64,000 nt of DNA from a virus (lineage: Duplodnaviria > Caudoviricetes), in the IMG/VR virus record IMGVR_UViG_3300030117_007612, positions 1-64,000 of that record. One strand, written 5' to 3'. Within the stretch, counting starts at the first letter, position 1. Every line of letters begins with the position of its first letter. The translations under genes and the position numbers were made by a program. The notes beneath the pieces were generated by a model that saw nothing but the letters and a program-made list of their open reading frames with translations, did not search any database and was not told where the DNA came from. Below, one piece after another: positions 44,822 to 55,465 of this stretch.

Positions 44822-45713
44822 CGCAGCAGTATATATTTTATCTTCTAGGACAGACTCGCTAAAGAAGGCCCTAGAATTATTTTATGAGAATTGGAATAAT
44901 GAGTATCAATATCCAGTTTACATCTACCACTTTGACGACATTTACTCTGATGAGTTTATTAATGATGTCAAAAATACTGTAAACGAGAATATTGAATTTA
45001 TTCAAATTGATTATGGTGTGCCCTCTCATATCGATGAGAGCGAATTATTTTACAACAGGCGCTACCTAAGATATGTCCAAACTTCCTTTCCTAAGTCCAG
45101 ATTAGGATATCTGCACATGGAGCATTTTTCATCTAATTTTCATAAATATGGTGAGAAAGGTTGCGTAGGTCGAGAATTAGAACAATACGATTATATCGCT
45201 AGAATCGATGATGATTCTTGGTTTAAAGAAAAGATCGATTTTGATTTCTTCGATTATGCTGAGGATTATCCGCTAGCCACCGGATTTACTTGGAATCACG
45301 TTGATTTGAACCATCTTGAAACAAGAGAGAATCTGTGGCAATTTTATAAAGATTATTTAGATAAGTATGATCTAGCGGCAGACAACATTAAAGATGAACA
45401 GTTAAGAACAGCAATTACAGACAACAACGAAATGCTAATGCACAGTCTTAAGTGGTCGTGCGGTAATTTTAATATCTATAATGTTAAAAAGTTTTTGGAG
45501 CACGGCTGGGAAGAATGGATGGAGGAGATTAATGAATATGGTGGCCTTTATAAACATCGATGGGGAGATCTTGAAGCCCTAGGTTTGTTTGCCTATACTC
45601 ATTTTGACAACCCACTATGTGATTTAGACTTAAGAAACAAAGAACTGTACGAACCCAAGCTGCCAGAGTGCCATTATGCGCCGTCAGTGCAAGATGAAAC
45701 AAAAAGAATTTGA
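44808..45713 (+). CDS. GT15/KRE2-like mannosyltransferase, paralogue A
   Basis: GYLHM, YDYIARIDDDS, NFNI, YKHRWGD. Confidence 0.7.
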   Translation: MGKHNAAVYILSSRTDSLKKALELFYENWNNEYQYPVYIYHFDDIYSDEFINDVKNTVNENIEFIQIDYGVPSHIDESELFYNRRYLRYVQTSFPKSRLGYLHMEHFSSNFHKYGEKGCVGRELEQYDYIARIDDDSWFKEKIDFDFFDYAEDYPLATGFTWNHVDLNHLETRENLWQFYKDYLDKYDLAADNIKDEQLRTAITDNNEMLMHSLKWSCGNFNIYNVKKFLEHGWEEWMEEINEYGGLYKHRWGDLEALGLFAYTHFDNPLCDLDLRNKELYEPKLPECHYAPSVQDETKRI

Positions 45714-45720
45714 GGTATAA

Positions 45721-46449
45721 ATGTCAAAAGCTTATATAACATATTTGTGTAACGACACCTTTATTCCGGGCGCCGTCGCTCTTGTGAAATCAGGTAAGTT
45801 TTTTGAAATTGAAGAGCCTTTTGTGTGCATGATAACTGAAGATGTAACGGAAGAGGGTCGTAAAATTTTATTAGAAAGCGGGTATTCTGATTTGCCGGTT
45901 GTTGACAAAATTGTACCTGAGCGGACTGACGGCATCAAAGATCGCTATAAAGATAACAGTTGGATGATGTACACTAAGCTAAATTTATGGAGCTTAACTC
46001 AATATGAAAAATTAGCGTTTCTTGACGCTGACTGTTTGATAGTTAGTCCCGAAATGGACATGCTTGATATGCCGGCAGTCTCGGCTGTTAAAGATATTGG
46101 ATATGGCGGAATCAGTGCCGGCGTTTTAGTGTTAGATCCGAACGAGGACATCTATAAAGACATGCTTGTCGAAATCAACAACACAGAATACGACAACACA
46201 TATAGCGATCAAAGTTTCTTAGACTGGTATCTTAAAAAGAACGAAATGTGGAATGAAATACCAATTCACTATAATGCACTACAAAAAAGAATTCAATTAA
46301 CTCATGAGTTGAAAGTGTATCACTATAACGGACAAAAGCCTTGGATCACTGATCAAAGCAACAGTTGCCACTGGCAACAGGGCGATAACAAAGAGTATAT
46401 CGCTTGGATGCATTTTTATAATTTAGAGGAAAACAATGAAAAAACATAA
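45721..46449 (+). CDS. glycosyltransferase, GT8
   Basis: YTKL.LW.LTQYEK..FLDAD, DQSFL, HYNG.KPW. Confidence 0.85.
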   Translation: MSKAYITYLCNDTFIPGAVALVKSGKFFEIEEPFVCMITEDVTEEGRKILLESGYSDLPVVDKIVPERTDGIKDRYKDNSWMMYTKLNLWSLTQYEKLAFLDADCLIVSPEMDMLDMPAVSAVKDIGYGGISAGVLVLDPNEDIYKDMLVEINNTEYDNTYSDQSFLDWYLKKNEMWNEIPIHYNALQKRIQLTHELKVYHYNGQKPWITDQSNSCHWQQGDNKEYIAWMHFYNLEENNEKT

Positions 46450-47521
46450 CGCAGCAATTTATATCCTATCATCAAGGGTTTGGGCTTTAAAATTCTCCCT
46501 GAAACACCTATATTGGGCATTTAACAAATATCACGATTACCCTATCTATATTTACCATTTTGATGATATTTACAGTGAAGAATACATTGCCGACATACAC
46601 AACACCGTAAGCAAAAATATCCACTTCATTCAAGTTGATTATGGTGTACCTATGCACATACCAGAGGAAGATCTTTTTTATAATAAAACTGATTTATTAT
46701 ATGTAAAATCACAAAGCTTTGGTAAAAACCGAATTGGTTTTTTACATATGTGTGATTTTGTTAGCAATATTCACAAACATGAAGAATTAAAACAATATGA
46801 TTATGTTATGAGATTAGATGACGATTCTCTTTTCATAAAGGAAATTAATGAATCAGATTTGTTTGACTCATTAGATCCTAGCCAAGCCGGCTCGGGTCCA
46901 TTTGCAACCGGCATCACGTGGTCCAGCACGGCACTGGAGACGCTTGAAACTAGAGTCGGCCTGTTTTCTTTAGTTAAGGAATATGTTAAAAAATACAATA
47001 TTCAAGTTAAAAACGACCAACTCCGCGAGGCTATTGAAGAAGACAACGAAAGAAAGATGCACAAACTGATATGGTCTTGCGGCAACTTAAATTTGTATAA
47101 TGTCCGACAGTTTCTTGATCACGGCTGGCTTAATTGGATTGACATGGTTAATGAATGTGGAGGCTGCTATAAACATAGATGGGGAGATATCGAGGTAATT
47201 GGATTGTTTGCTTATATGCACTTCGATGTTCCTCTTATTGATCTTGATTTAAAGAATTCCGGAAAATATCTTGATAAATGCAACAACACTTTTGGAGATA
47301 TGAGTCATATTTTGACATACTTTGTTCAAAACACTGATCCAGTAGTAGTGTATCAATATATGAAATTTATTGGCGCCCTTGATTGCCTGAAAGAAGATGA
47401 AGATGGTAAGTATTGGGATCTCGAAGAGGTCATTATGCCACGCGCAGCAATTTTTGCGTGGGCACCCCCTCCCGTTAAGTGGTCATCAGACAATGTATAC
47501 AAAGAGGAGAAAGAATTGTGA
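46436..47521 (+). CDS. GT15/KRE2-like mannosyltransferase, paralogue B
   Basis: GFLHM, YDYVMRLDDDS, YKHRWGD; N-terminus nearly identical to paralogue A. Confidence 0.7.
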   Translation: MKKHNAAIYILSSRVWALKFSLKHLYWAFNKYHDYPIYIYHFDDIYSEEYIADIHNTVSKNIHFIQVDYGVPMHIPEEDLFYNKTDLLYVKSQSFGKNRIGFLHMCDFVSNIHKHEELKQYDYVMRLDDDSLFIKEINESDLFDSLDPSQAGSGPFATGITWSSTALETLETRVGLFSLVKEYVKKYNIQVKNDQLREAIEEDNERKMHKLIWSCGNLNLYNVRQFLDHGWLNWIDMVNECGGCYKHRWGDIEVIGLFAYMHFDVPLIDLDLKNSGKYLDKCNNTFGDMSHILTYFVQNTDPVVVYQYMKFIGALDCLKEDEDGKYWDLEEVIMPRAAIFAWAPPPVKWSSDNVYKEEKEL

Positions 47522-48486
47522 AAAAAGCATTAGTATGTGGAGCCGGCGGATTTATCGGCGGCCATCTTGTAAAATTTTTAAAAGAGAAGGGATATTGGGT
47601 CCGCGGAGTAGATTTAAAATTAAATGAGTTTGCTCCGATTAGCGATATTGCCGATGATTTTGTCGTTGGTGATTTGCGCGACATAGAAGTCATCAGAGCA
47701 GTTATTGATGAAGATATGGATGAAGTATATCAACTGGCCGCTGACATGGGAGGAGCCGGTTTTGTATTTACTGGCGACAATGATGCTGATATTATGCATA
47801 ATTCTGCACTCATTAACTTGAATGTTGCTCATGAAGCAGTTAAAAAGAACGTCAAAAGAGTGTTCTATTCGTCATCGGCATGCATGTATCCAGAGCACAA
47901 TCAGTTGGACCCTGATAATCCCAATTGTACAGAAGACTCAGCATATCCAGCAGATCCGGACTCAGAATATGGTTGGGAGAAGTTGTTCAGTGAAAGAGTA
48001 TTCTTGGCGTTTATGAGAAACCATGATTTAGAAGTCCGTGTTGCTCGCTATCACAACATCTTTGGCCCAGAAGGCACATGGCAGGGAGGCCGCGAGAAAG
48101 CCCCTGCAGCGCTCTGTAGGAAGGTTGCCAACTGTGAAGACGGCGGAGAGATAGAAGTCTGGGGTGACGGAACACAGACGCGTTCTTTCTTATATGTCAG
48201 CGAGTGTGTTGAGGCCACATATCGCCTAATGCAATCAGAATTTACAGGCCCGGTAAATATTGGCTCTGAAGAAATGATTAGTATTAATGATTTTATTGAT
48301 ATGATTGCAGATATCGCCGGCAAAGAAGTAGTGAAAAAGCACATCCCCGGCCCAATTGGTGTTCGTGGTAGAAATTCCGACAACAAGCTATACGAAGAGA
48401 AAGTTGGCTGGGTTGTTTCTCAACCGTTGAGAGAAGGTATAGAAAAAACATACGCTTGGATACAAAAACAGATTGACAATTCATAG
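47518..48486 (+). CDS. GDP-mannose 3,5-epimerase-like SDR
   Basis: Start GTG 47518; GAGGFIG, QLAADMGG.GF, SSACMYP, YGWEKL, EKAPAA.CRK, GVRGRNSDN. Confidence 0.85.
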   Translation: MKKALVCGAGGFIGGHLVKFLKEKGYWVRGVDLKLNEFAPISDIADDFVVGDLRDIEVIRAVIDEDMDEVYQLAADMGGAGFVFTGDNDADIMHNSALINLNVAHEAVKKNVKRVFYSSSACMYPEHNQLDPDNPNCTEDSAYPADPDSEYGWEKLFSERVFLAFMRNHDLEVRVARYHNIFGPEGTWQGGREKAPAALCRKVANCEDGGEIEVWGDGTQTRSFLYVSECVEATYRLMQSEFTGPVNIGSEEMISINDFIDMIADIAGKEVVKKHIPGPIGVRGRNSDNKLYEEKVGWVVSQPLREGIEKTYAWIQKQIDNS

Positions 48487-48501
48487 AATTGTTATTATAA
48501 T
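48473..48501 (+). promoter_or_regulatory. consensus sigma70 promoter inside glycan island
   Basis: TTGACA-N17-TATAAT, then AAGGAG SD. Confidence 0.8.
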
Positions 48502-48519
48502 ATATAAAAAGGAGATGTT

Positions 48520-49143
48520 ATGTCTAATGTATTAGTGTGTGGTCGTGGAGAATCTTTAAACACAATCGGAGAACTAAAGGGCGATTATGATTGTGTCATA
48601 TTGCTTAATGAATTTAATCGTTTCGCCCGAGAGAGCCCCCAGATAGCCGAATTTCTACAAGGTAAAAAAATTATCCAGTTCCTGAACATAACCGAGGGAG
48701 GTCTTGATCAAGAATTTATTAATTATTTTAATATTCGTGACGTGTATGTAACGCGCTTAGGTCCAGATGGTAAAGATTTTGCGTCGTGGTGGCGTCAGCC
48801 TAGGCACCACCGGGTACCCGAATCATTCGGAATACAGTGCAGGTACCAACCACCGGAACTGGAACCTTATATGAATATTGTTGAAAATTCCTCTGATGTT
48901 GCTTTGTTGTTTTCTTTGTTGTCTTTAAATGCTAAAAACATTGATATTATCGGTGTTGATTTCTATGAAGCAGAGTATTTCCTAGGACATAGCGAGCCAG
49001 ACATACAGGACGAAGACGATACAAAGCGCATCATGGGTGCTCACAAGAAGATAGTTTCTTTATTCCCAGAGACAAATTTTAGGTATTATACAAGATCTTC
49101 TTTTGATGCTGAAAAGGAAAATTGCGTTTCTGTGAGAGTGTGA
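48520..49143 (+). CDS. GT42/MAF-like (sialyltransferase-fold) protein
   Basis: VLVCGRGESL, N after first strands, SSD.A, IDIIGVDFY; resembles Cst-type GNGPSL...SGIDFY. Confidence 0.45.
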   Translation: MSNVLVCGRGESLNTIGELKGDYDCVILLNEFNRFARESPQIAEFLQGKKIIQFLNITEGGLDQEFINYFNIRDVYVTRLGPDGKDFASWWRQPRHHRVPESFGIQCRYQPPELEPYMNIVENSSDVALLFSLLSLNAKNIDIIGVDFYEAEYFLGHSEPDIQDEDDTKRIMGAHKKIVSLFPETNFRYYTRSSFDAEKENCVSVRV

Positions 49144-49754
49144 TGTCATTTGTCGATGAAGATCATAAATTGTGCTTCATACACGTCCCAAAGGCTGCTG
49201 GCACCAGTGTGTCTTCGGCGTTAAAAAAAAATTTACTGGCTGTGCATCGATGCAGCGCTGATCGGTGGTCGGGCAGCGGATGTAGTACATTATTAGACTA
49301 TCAGAAAGATTTCAACAGACTCCCTGACTGGTCGTTTGCGATAATTAGGAATCCTTACGAGAGGTGCTTGTCTGACTGGACTTTCACACGATGCGCCGTT
49401 CTTCCCGAACTTCGGTACCGAGATGACTGGAGAGAATATTTGGATAATTGTCAAAGTTTGAATTGGAGCGCTTTACATCTCGCCGGCGATGATTCCGCAT
49501 ATGTCGGTGCGTGCCCGTCTCATTGTTTTGTTTCTATTAATGGTGAAATAAAGGTTGACACATTAATCAAAATGGAAAATATAAACAAAGTGCCACAAAC
49601 TATATGGGAAAAAACTGGTATCAGATTAGGCAAGATTCCTAGTCTAAATATAACCAACTCAATTAGGTTTATGGAACTATTAATGGACGAGGAATCAAAA
49701 AGAATTATACGAGAGATATATGCAAAAGACTTTGAATTATATGAGGGCGTGTGA
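49143..49754 (+). CDS. sulfotransferase family 2, paralogue A
   Basis: FIHVPKAAGTS (5'-PSB); RNPYERCLS (3'-PB). Confidence 0.8.
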   Translation: MSFVDEDHKLCFIHVPKAAGTSVSSALKKNLLAVHRCSADRWSGSGCSTLLDYQKDFNRLPDWSFAIIRNPYERCLSDWTFTRCAVLPELRYRDDWREYLDNCQSLNWSALHLAGDDSAYVGACPSHCFVSINGEIKVDTLIKMENINKVPQTIWEKTGIRLGKIPSLNITNSIRFMELLMDEESKRIIREIYAKDFELYEGV

Positions 49755-50485
49755 TGTCATTTGTTTCCGAAGACCATAAATTGTGTTTTATTCACATTCC
49801 AAAGTCTGCCGGCACAAGTATATCTAATAGTTTAGTTTCATTGCTGCGGTGCCTTCCCGGACAATCCCCCCCATGGGGAAGCCGCGGAATTGATGCCATC
49901 TTTGCCGGTCGCGGCCATGCTACAATCGCCGATTATTATACCATGTTTGATTCGTTGCCCGGCTGGTCCTTTTCAATGATTAGAGATCCGCACAAAAGAT
50001 GTATCTCAGCCTTCATGGTGCATCCGGATTATGGCAGGAAAATGATGACGAAAAGTTTTGCAAATAATGAATCTATGCTGTATTTTGCATGGGAAAAGTA
50101 TCTAGACTATTGCGACGTGATCTGCAAAGGGGATCCCCTTCTCGGGGGTGTCAGTACTCAGCCGGAATTGCTTATGAAAAATAGCCTACTTAATCGCAAT
50201 GGTAACAGGGTGTCTAATTTGGGCCCCGCAATACATGCTTTGCCTTGCTCATATTTTCTTTCAATTGATAATAAGGTGGTTGTAAATAATCTTATTAAAA
50301 TGAAGAATATTGAAAAAGTACCAAAAATTATTTCGAAAAATACCGGCATTAAAATAGGCGATATTTCTCATGAAAATAAATCCAATTCAAGTGATTTTGT
50401 GAAACTTCTTTTGGATAAAAAATCTAAACAACGCATACAAGAAATATATGCAAAAGACTTTGAATTATACGAGGGGGCCGAATGA
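49754..50485 (+). CDS. sulfotransferase family 2, paralogue B
   Basis: FIHIPKSAGTS; RDPHKRCIS. Confidence 0.8.
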   Translation: MSFVSEDHKLCFIHIPKSAGTSISNSLVSLLRCLPGQSPPWGSRGIDAIFAGRGHATIADYYTMFDSLPGWSFSMIRDPHKRCISAFMVHPDYGRKMMTKSFANNESMLYFAWEKYLDYCDVICKGDPLLGGVSTQPELLMKNSLLNRNGNRVSNLGPAIHALPCSYFLSIDNKVVVNNLIKMKNIEKVPKIISKNTGIKIGDISHENKSNSSDFVKLLLDKKSKQRIQEIYAKDFELYEGAE

Positions 50486-52179
50486 GTAATAGAATTTTAC
50501 ATCCAAATGAATACATAAAGGATTTTCCATATGATTCCTTTGATGGAATGAAGATCACGTTTATTAACATGCCGCTGCGAGAAACAGCGCTTCCAAATGT
50601 TCCGCCTGAAGGGCCGGGAATCTTGGCTGCAATTGCAAGACGCTACGGCGCCGAACCCCACATCCTCGATTTAAATGGATACAGAATCAAAGATGAGTTA
50701 GCCAAAAAGCGCGGCTTACCAAATGGTCGACATATGACCTATGCTGAAGCAGAGGCGCTGATTGTTAAGCATTTAAACAATGTGGGAGATCAAGATGTCA
50801 TTGCCTTCTCGGGCAAAATTACAACACTGAGATGGCAAGAAGAAGTTGCAAAGATTGTTAAGAGGCATCAGCCAGATTGCTTCTTGGTTTCCGGCAACGG
50901 CTTGGCAACAGAAATTAAAACAGGTCTTTTCAAATGGATTCCTGAACTCGATGCCATTGGCAGATCAGAGGGCGATGACATTATTTTGCTCATTCTAAAT
51001 GATGCCATGGCAATTAAGAAGTATGGATTCGCGAAGGCGCTGAATTCAGATAAGCTCAGTCCATATTATCTCGGCGAGATTGACGGCAAGCATCGATTTA
51101 GGTATGAAGGAAATAGGCCTATAAACCTAGATAGTTTGCCGTCTGCTGCATTAGATTTGCTGGAATCGGATCCTTATGGCCATAACGTTTTAGAAGATTA
51201 TATTAATGTTCCGGTATGGGGCTTGGGAGCAAATAATAGCTCGGCAACACCATTTACTATGAAGAGAAGCCTAACCACCGTAAGCAGTCGTGGCTGTCCA
51301 TACGCGTGTGCATTCTGCTATCGAGGCTCGCAGGGTGAAAGAAACTATGGCGTAAGAGCAGTGGAAGATATTGCAACACAAGTACTGGGATACGTTGATA
51401 AGTACAACCTTGATTTCATAGGATTTCCAGATGACAACTTCGCAGTTAGCAAAAGGCGAGTTGCACAATTTCCAAAAGTGTTTAAAGAGTACGGATTAGA
51501 AAACATGCGCTGGGGTACTCATACTCGAATGGATGAAGCCGATGCGCGCATATTTGATATGTCTGAGTCTGGCTGCATTTACATTGGCTTCGGCGCCGAG
51601 TCTGCATCTGAACATACCCTGACGCTGATGAAGAAGGGTGGGTTTATTCTTAAGAACGGCCTTGTAACAAAAAACGTTAATGGCCGAAATTACGAGTTTC
51701 CGAAGACAATGGTTGATGCAATTGTAAATTGTAAAGAAGCAAATATTCACCCGAACTGCACTTGGATCATGGCATACCCCGGAGAGGATCTACAACATTT
51801 CCAAACCAGTGCTGCTTTCATACTTTGGCAAAGAGAATTCTGGACCAAGGGTCTGGCGCCGGGAACTGCTGAATACGACAATGCCTTCGCGGCAGTCAAC
51901 AGTAAAATGTTCACAGCAACAGCATACCCCGGCACTGAAATGTGGAATGTAGTCAAGCCCCAACTACAGAAACACTTTGAGATATCCTTTGACTTTTTAG
52001 GTAATCCTGTTTGTGATGATAACTTTCATCGTTACGTTTTGGAACTAGATGATGCCACAAAAGTCTTGAACGATAAAGACGGCAATCCAGTGAATTTTGG
52101 AGAAATGCCGATGGACACTTTCTTGCAGGCCCGGGAATATGTTGATAATGATCAAATTGAAAAGGTATTAGACTTATGA
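50482..52179 (+). CDS. cobalamin-dependent radical SAM enzyme (class B methyltransferase-like)
   Basis: N-terminal B12-binding-like domain; SSRGCPYACAFC; DDNF; GAESAS; YPGT. Confidence 0.85.
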   Translation: MSNRILHPNEYIKDFPYDSFDGMKITFINMPLRETALPNVPPEGPGILAAIARRYGAEPHILDLNGYRIKDELAKKRGLPNGRHMTYAEAEALIVKHLNNVGDQDVIAFSGKITTLRWQEEVAKIVKRHQPDCFLVSGNGLATEIKTGLFKWIPELDAIGRSEGDDIILLILNDAMAIKKYGFAKALNSDKLSPYYLGEIDGKHRFRYEGNRPINLDSLPSAALDLLESDPYGHNVLEDYINVPVWGLGANNSSATPFTMKRSLTTVSSRGCPYACAFCYRGSQGERNYGVRAVEDIATQVLGYVDKYNLDFIGFPDDNFAVSKRRVAQFPKVFKEYGLENMRWGTHTRMDEADARIFDMSESGCIYIGFGAESASEHTLTLMKKGGFILKNGLVTKNVNGRNYEFPKTMVDAIVNCKEANIHPNCTWIMAYPGEDLQHFQTSAAFILWQREFWTKGLAPGTAEYDNAFAAVNSKMFTATAYPGTEMWNVVKPQLQKHFEISFDFLGNPVCDDNFHRYVLELDDATKVLNDKDGNPVNFGEMPMDTFLQAREYVDNDQIEKVLDL

Positions 52180-52961
52180 AAAAAGGTATTTTTATAACTG
52201 TGCGCACAAATTCTTCTCGACTGCCCAACAAAGCTTTGATGAAGATATGTGGCAAGCCTACAATTCAATATGCAATTGATCGAGCAAAACAATCCTCATG
52301 TGCGGATGTAATCGTGTTGTGCACCAGTACATCAAACAATGATGACGCATTGTGCGAAATAGCCCACAAGAATGGAATTGAATGTTTTCGCGGAAGCCTG
52401 ATTGATAAGATTGATCGTTGGCTTCAGGCGGCACTTGAATACAAAGTGGATTACTTTGTTAACATCGATGGCGACGATCTTTTTTGCGAACCAGAATTGA
52501 TTGATATGGCATTCGAGCAGCACGATAAAGAAGATCACGACTTTGTAAAGTGCGACGAAGAGAATCTTGTAGTGGGGGCATTCACCCTTGGCGCCAAGAC
52601 AACTGCAATACAGAAAGTGTGTGATATAAAAGACACTGAGGACACCGAGGCCGCGTGGCTTTATTTTTCTGACATGGATATTTTTAAAACTTCCTTGCTA
52701 GAGAACGTTCCAGAATCCTACAACAGACCAGACATCAGAGCAACGTTGGATTATTATGATGACTTTCTTTTCTTTAGTAATATAATTGAATACTTTGGCG
52801 CGCAAAAAAAATCTAGATTTTCTTTATTAGATGTGGTAAAATATGTTGACGAAAACCCAAGAGTGTTGGATATCAACCGAAATTGCCAGCAAGAATATTT
52901 AAACAATCAACAAAAATTAACAAAGCTAATTGTAAAAAAGGAGTATAATGAACGAGCATAA
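52176..52961 (+). CDS. sugar cytidylyltransferase (SpsF/NeuA/KdsB-like)
   Basis: VRTNSSRLPNKAL, IDGDD. Confidence 0.8.
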   Translation: MKKGIFITVRTNSSRLPNKALMKICGKPTIQYAIDRAKQSSCADVIVLCTSTSNNDDALCEIAHKNGIECFRGSLIDKIDRWLQAALEYKVDYFVNIDGDDLFCEPELIDMAFEQHDKEDHDFVKCDEENLVVGAFTLGAKTTAIQKVCDIKDTEDTEAAWLYFSDMDIFKTSLLENVPESYNRPDIRATLDYYDDFLFFSNIIEYFGAQKKSRFSLLDVVKYVDENPRVLDINRNCQQEYLNNQQKLTKLIVKKEYNERA

Positions 52962-53934
52962 ATTGAAAGAAAGGGTGACGTACCAGTCCGGAGAATGGGT
53001 TCCGGAATCGCAAGCTTCCCTCCATATTTATGATTCACAGTTCATGTTTGGTGACGGTGTCTTTGAGATGGCAAGAACTTTTAACCACAAGTTTTTCATT
53101 CTTGATGAACATATCGACAGACTATTTCGCAGCATGCGATATCTGCAGATCCCGATTACCAAGACCAAACAGGAAGTTCGAGATTTGTGTGAAGAGGCCC
53201 TTGAAAGAAACATAGAACATTTCAAGCAATCTGGCGGTGGATTTACCGAAGAGTGTCGTATATTAATAAATGTATCTAGAGGACCTTTATCGATTTATCG
53301 CGAAGTGTTTGAATTAACTAAGGGTGAGAAATGGAATGAACCAAATTGGATTATCAATGTTTGGCCACTTAGCCGAACTTCCAAGACTCTATCACATTAT
53401 TTCGAAACAGGGGCAAATGCAATTATACCCTCACAAAGACAGATCCCTTCGCGACTGCTTGAGAACAAAGTAAAAAATAGAAGTAGAATGCACTATCAAA
53501 TGGCAAACTTACAAGTTAAACCCTTCGGAAAAGATGCAATACCTCTGCTTTTAGATGAAGACGGCTTTGTAACTGAGAGCACCGGAGCAAACTTTTTGAT
53601 GATCAAGGACGGTAAGCTAATCGCACCTGAGTTAAGAAACATGTTGCGAGGCTCTAGTATGATGTATATTTTGGAAACGATCGCACCTCAAATTAATTTG
53701 GAGGTTGTGCACAAGAATTTTGAGCCTTACGATGTCATGCAGTGTGACGAGGCAATGTTTACAGGTACGTTCGTCAATTTGCTCCCTTGTAACCGTTTAA
53801 ACGGCGAATATTTCAATAATAACGTAAAAAACAGCCCAATTGGGCCAATAACACGCCAAATTTGCGACACTTGGTCAGAAAATGTGGGTCTAAATTTCAT
53901 CGAACAAATGCAATATTGGGCTAATAATTGGTAA
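52948..53934 (+). CDS. PLP-dependent aminotransferase class IV
   Basis: GDGVFEM.R, HIDRL, catalytic K in VKN, ESTGAN, LRG, EAMFTGT. Confidence 0.85.
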   Translation: MNEHKLKERVTYQSGEWVPESQASLHIYDSQFMFGDGVFEMARTFNHKFFILDEHIDRLFRSMRYLQIPITKTKQEVRDLCEEALERNIEHFKQSGGGFTEECRILINVSRGPLSIYREVFELTKGEKWNEPNWIINVWPLSRTSKTLSHYFETGANAIIPSQRQIPSRLLENKVKNRSRMHYQMANLQVKPFGKDAIPLLLDEDGFVTESTGANFLMIKDGKLIAPELRNMLRGSSMMYILETIAPQINLEVVHKNFEPYDVMQCDEAMFTGTFVNLLPCNRLNGEYFNNNVKNSPIGPITRQICDTWSENVGLNFIEQMQYWANNW

Positions 53935-53938
53935 ATTT

Positions 53939-54622
53939 ATGAATAAAAGAATCATCATTACAGGCTCAGAGGGCCTTTTAGGAACAGAAATAAGCAGATA
54001 TTTGGAAGAATCGGGCAACACTGTGATTCGGTGCGACCTACAATTGGGTCATGATCTAACTGATGAGCAATTTGTTAAAGATTTTTTTGAAAAAAACAAG
54101 GCAGACTGCCTAGTAAACACTTATGCTATTAATCCACATGTTGGTACTGAGGACGAATCGACAAATATGTTCAATATCGACCTAGAATCTTTGAATCAAT
54201 ACCTTCAAGTTAACCTACTTAGCTTGTTTTCTGTATGCAGGGAGTTTGCCAAGAGCAATGAGAATGGTTCGATAGTTAATTTTTCATCCACTTATGGTGT
54301 TGTTTCCCCCAATCCTGCGTTATATGATGAAGGAAAGGAAAAACACATCGGCTATTGCATATCAAAATCAGGTGTAATCCAAATGACACGATACCTAGCG
54401 GTGCATCTGGCGCCCAAGTTCCGTGTAAATTGTGTTGCGCCCGGAGGATGTGGCATGAACACTGGCGAAGAATTTGTAAAGTTGTATGCTGATAAGACGC
54501 CAATGAAAAGAATGATGAACGTCGATGAACTAAACGGAATAATTGAATATCTTTGCTCTGATAAATCAACCTATACCACGGGTGCAAACATTAACGTCGA
54601 CGGAGGCTGGACGATATGGTAA
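53939..54622 (+). CDS. short-chain dehydrogenase/reductase
   Basis: TGSEGLLG, SSTYG, YCISK, RVNCVAPGG, VDGGW. Confidence 0.88.
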   Translation: MNKRIIITGSEGLLGTEISRYLEESGNTVIRCDLQLGHDLTDEQFVKDFFEKNKADCLVNTYAINPHVGTEDESTNMFNIDLESLNQYLQVNLLSLFSVCREFAKSNENGSIVNFSSTYGVVSPNPALYDEGKEKHIGYCISKSGVIQMTRYLAVHLAPKFRVNCVAPGGCGMNTGEEFVKLYADKTPMKRMMNVDELNGIIEYLCSDKSTYTTGANINVDGGWTIW

Positions 54623-55464
54623 ACTTTAAGGACATTCAAAAACCCTATTTTATTGGTGAGATTGGAATCAACCACAATGGAGATTTACAAATTGCAAAGA
54701 AGCTGATTGACGCTGTTTGCGCGTGTAGTTGGGATTGTGCAAAATTTCAAAAAAGAAATCCTGATGTTTGCGTACCAGAACATCAAAAGAGCGTACCGAG
54801 GGAAACACCTTGGGGCACAATGACATATCTGGATTATAAACATCGTATTGAATTTGAGAAAAAGGAATATGATTATATTGATAATTACTCAAAGCAAAAA
54901 CCAATTGACTGGACCGCGTCAGTGTGGGATTTAGATAGTCTAGATTTTATGACTCAATATGACGTACCCTTCTTAAAAATTCCATCTGCTAAGATCACAA
55001 GCTTGGATTTGTTGGCCGAGTCGGCAAAGTCTGGTATACCAATTATTATGTCTACTGGAATGTCAGAGCTTCGCGAGGTAGACACTGCCGTCAATGAAGT
55101 TTTAAAACACACCGACAACCTTGTCCTGATGCACACTAATTCAAGCTATCCTTCTCCAGAAAGTGAATTAAACTTGAGCTTGATCCCATTTTATAAAGAA
55201 AGATATGATTGTGTTATTGGTTATTCGGGCCACGAAATGGACCTAGAGCCAACAGTAGTGGCAGTAGTTTTGGGAGCAAAGGTGATTGAGCGACACATTA
55301 CACTGTCACATGACATGTGGGGAACAGATCAAAAATCAAGTTTGGAGGTTATTGCAATGGATATGCTATACAAAAGAATCAAAAACATTGATATAATGAT
55401 AGGTGAACCAATTAAGCATGTCACAAAAAGTGAAGTTCCAATCAAGAAAAAATTAAGAGGATAG
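54616..55464 (+). CDS. neuB: nonulosonate (N-acetylneuraminate-family) synthase, short form
   Basis: EIGINHNG, AKFQKR, KIPSA, MSTGM, GYSGHE, IERHITL. Confidence 0.88.
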   Translation: MVNFKDIQKPYFIGEIGINHNGDLQIAKKLIDAVCACSWDCAKFQKRNPDVCVPEHQKSVPRETPWGTMTYLDYKHRIEFEKKEYDYIDNYSKQKPIDWTASVWDLDSLDFMTQYDVPFLKIPSAKITSLDLLAESAKSGIPIIMSTGMSELREVDTAVNEVLKHTDNLVLMHTNSSYPSPESELNLSLIPFYKERYDCVIGYSGHEMDLEPTVVAVVLGAKVIERHITLSHDMWGTDQKSSLEVIAMDMLYKRIKNIDIMIGEPIKHVTKSEVPIKKKLRG

Positions 55465-55465
55465 C

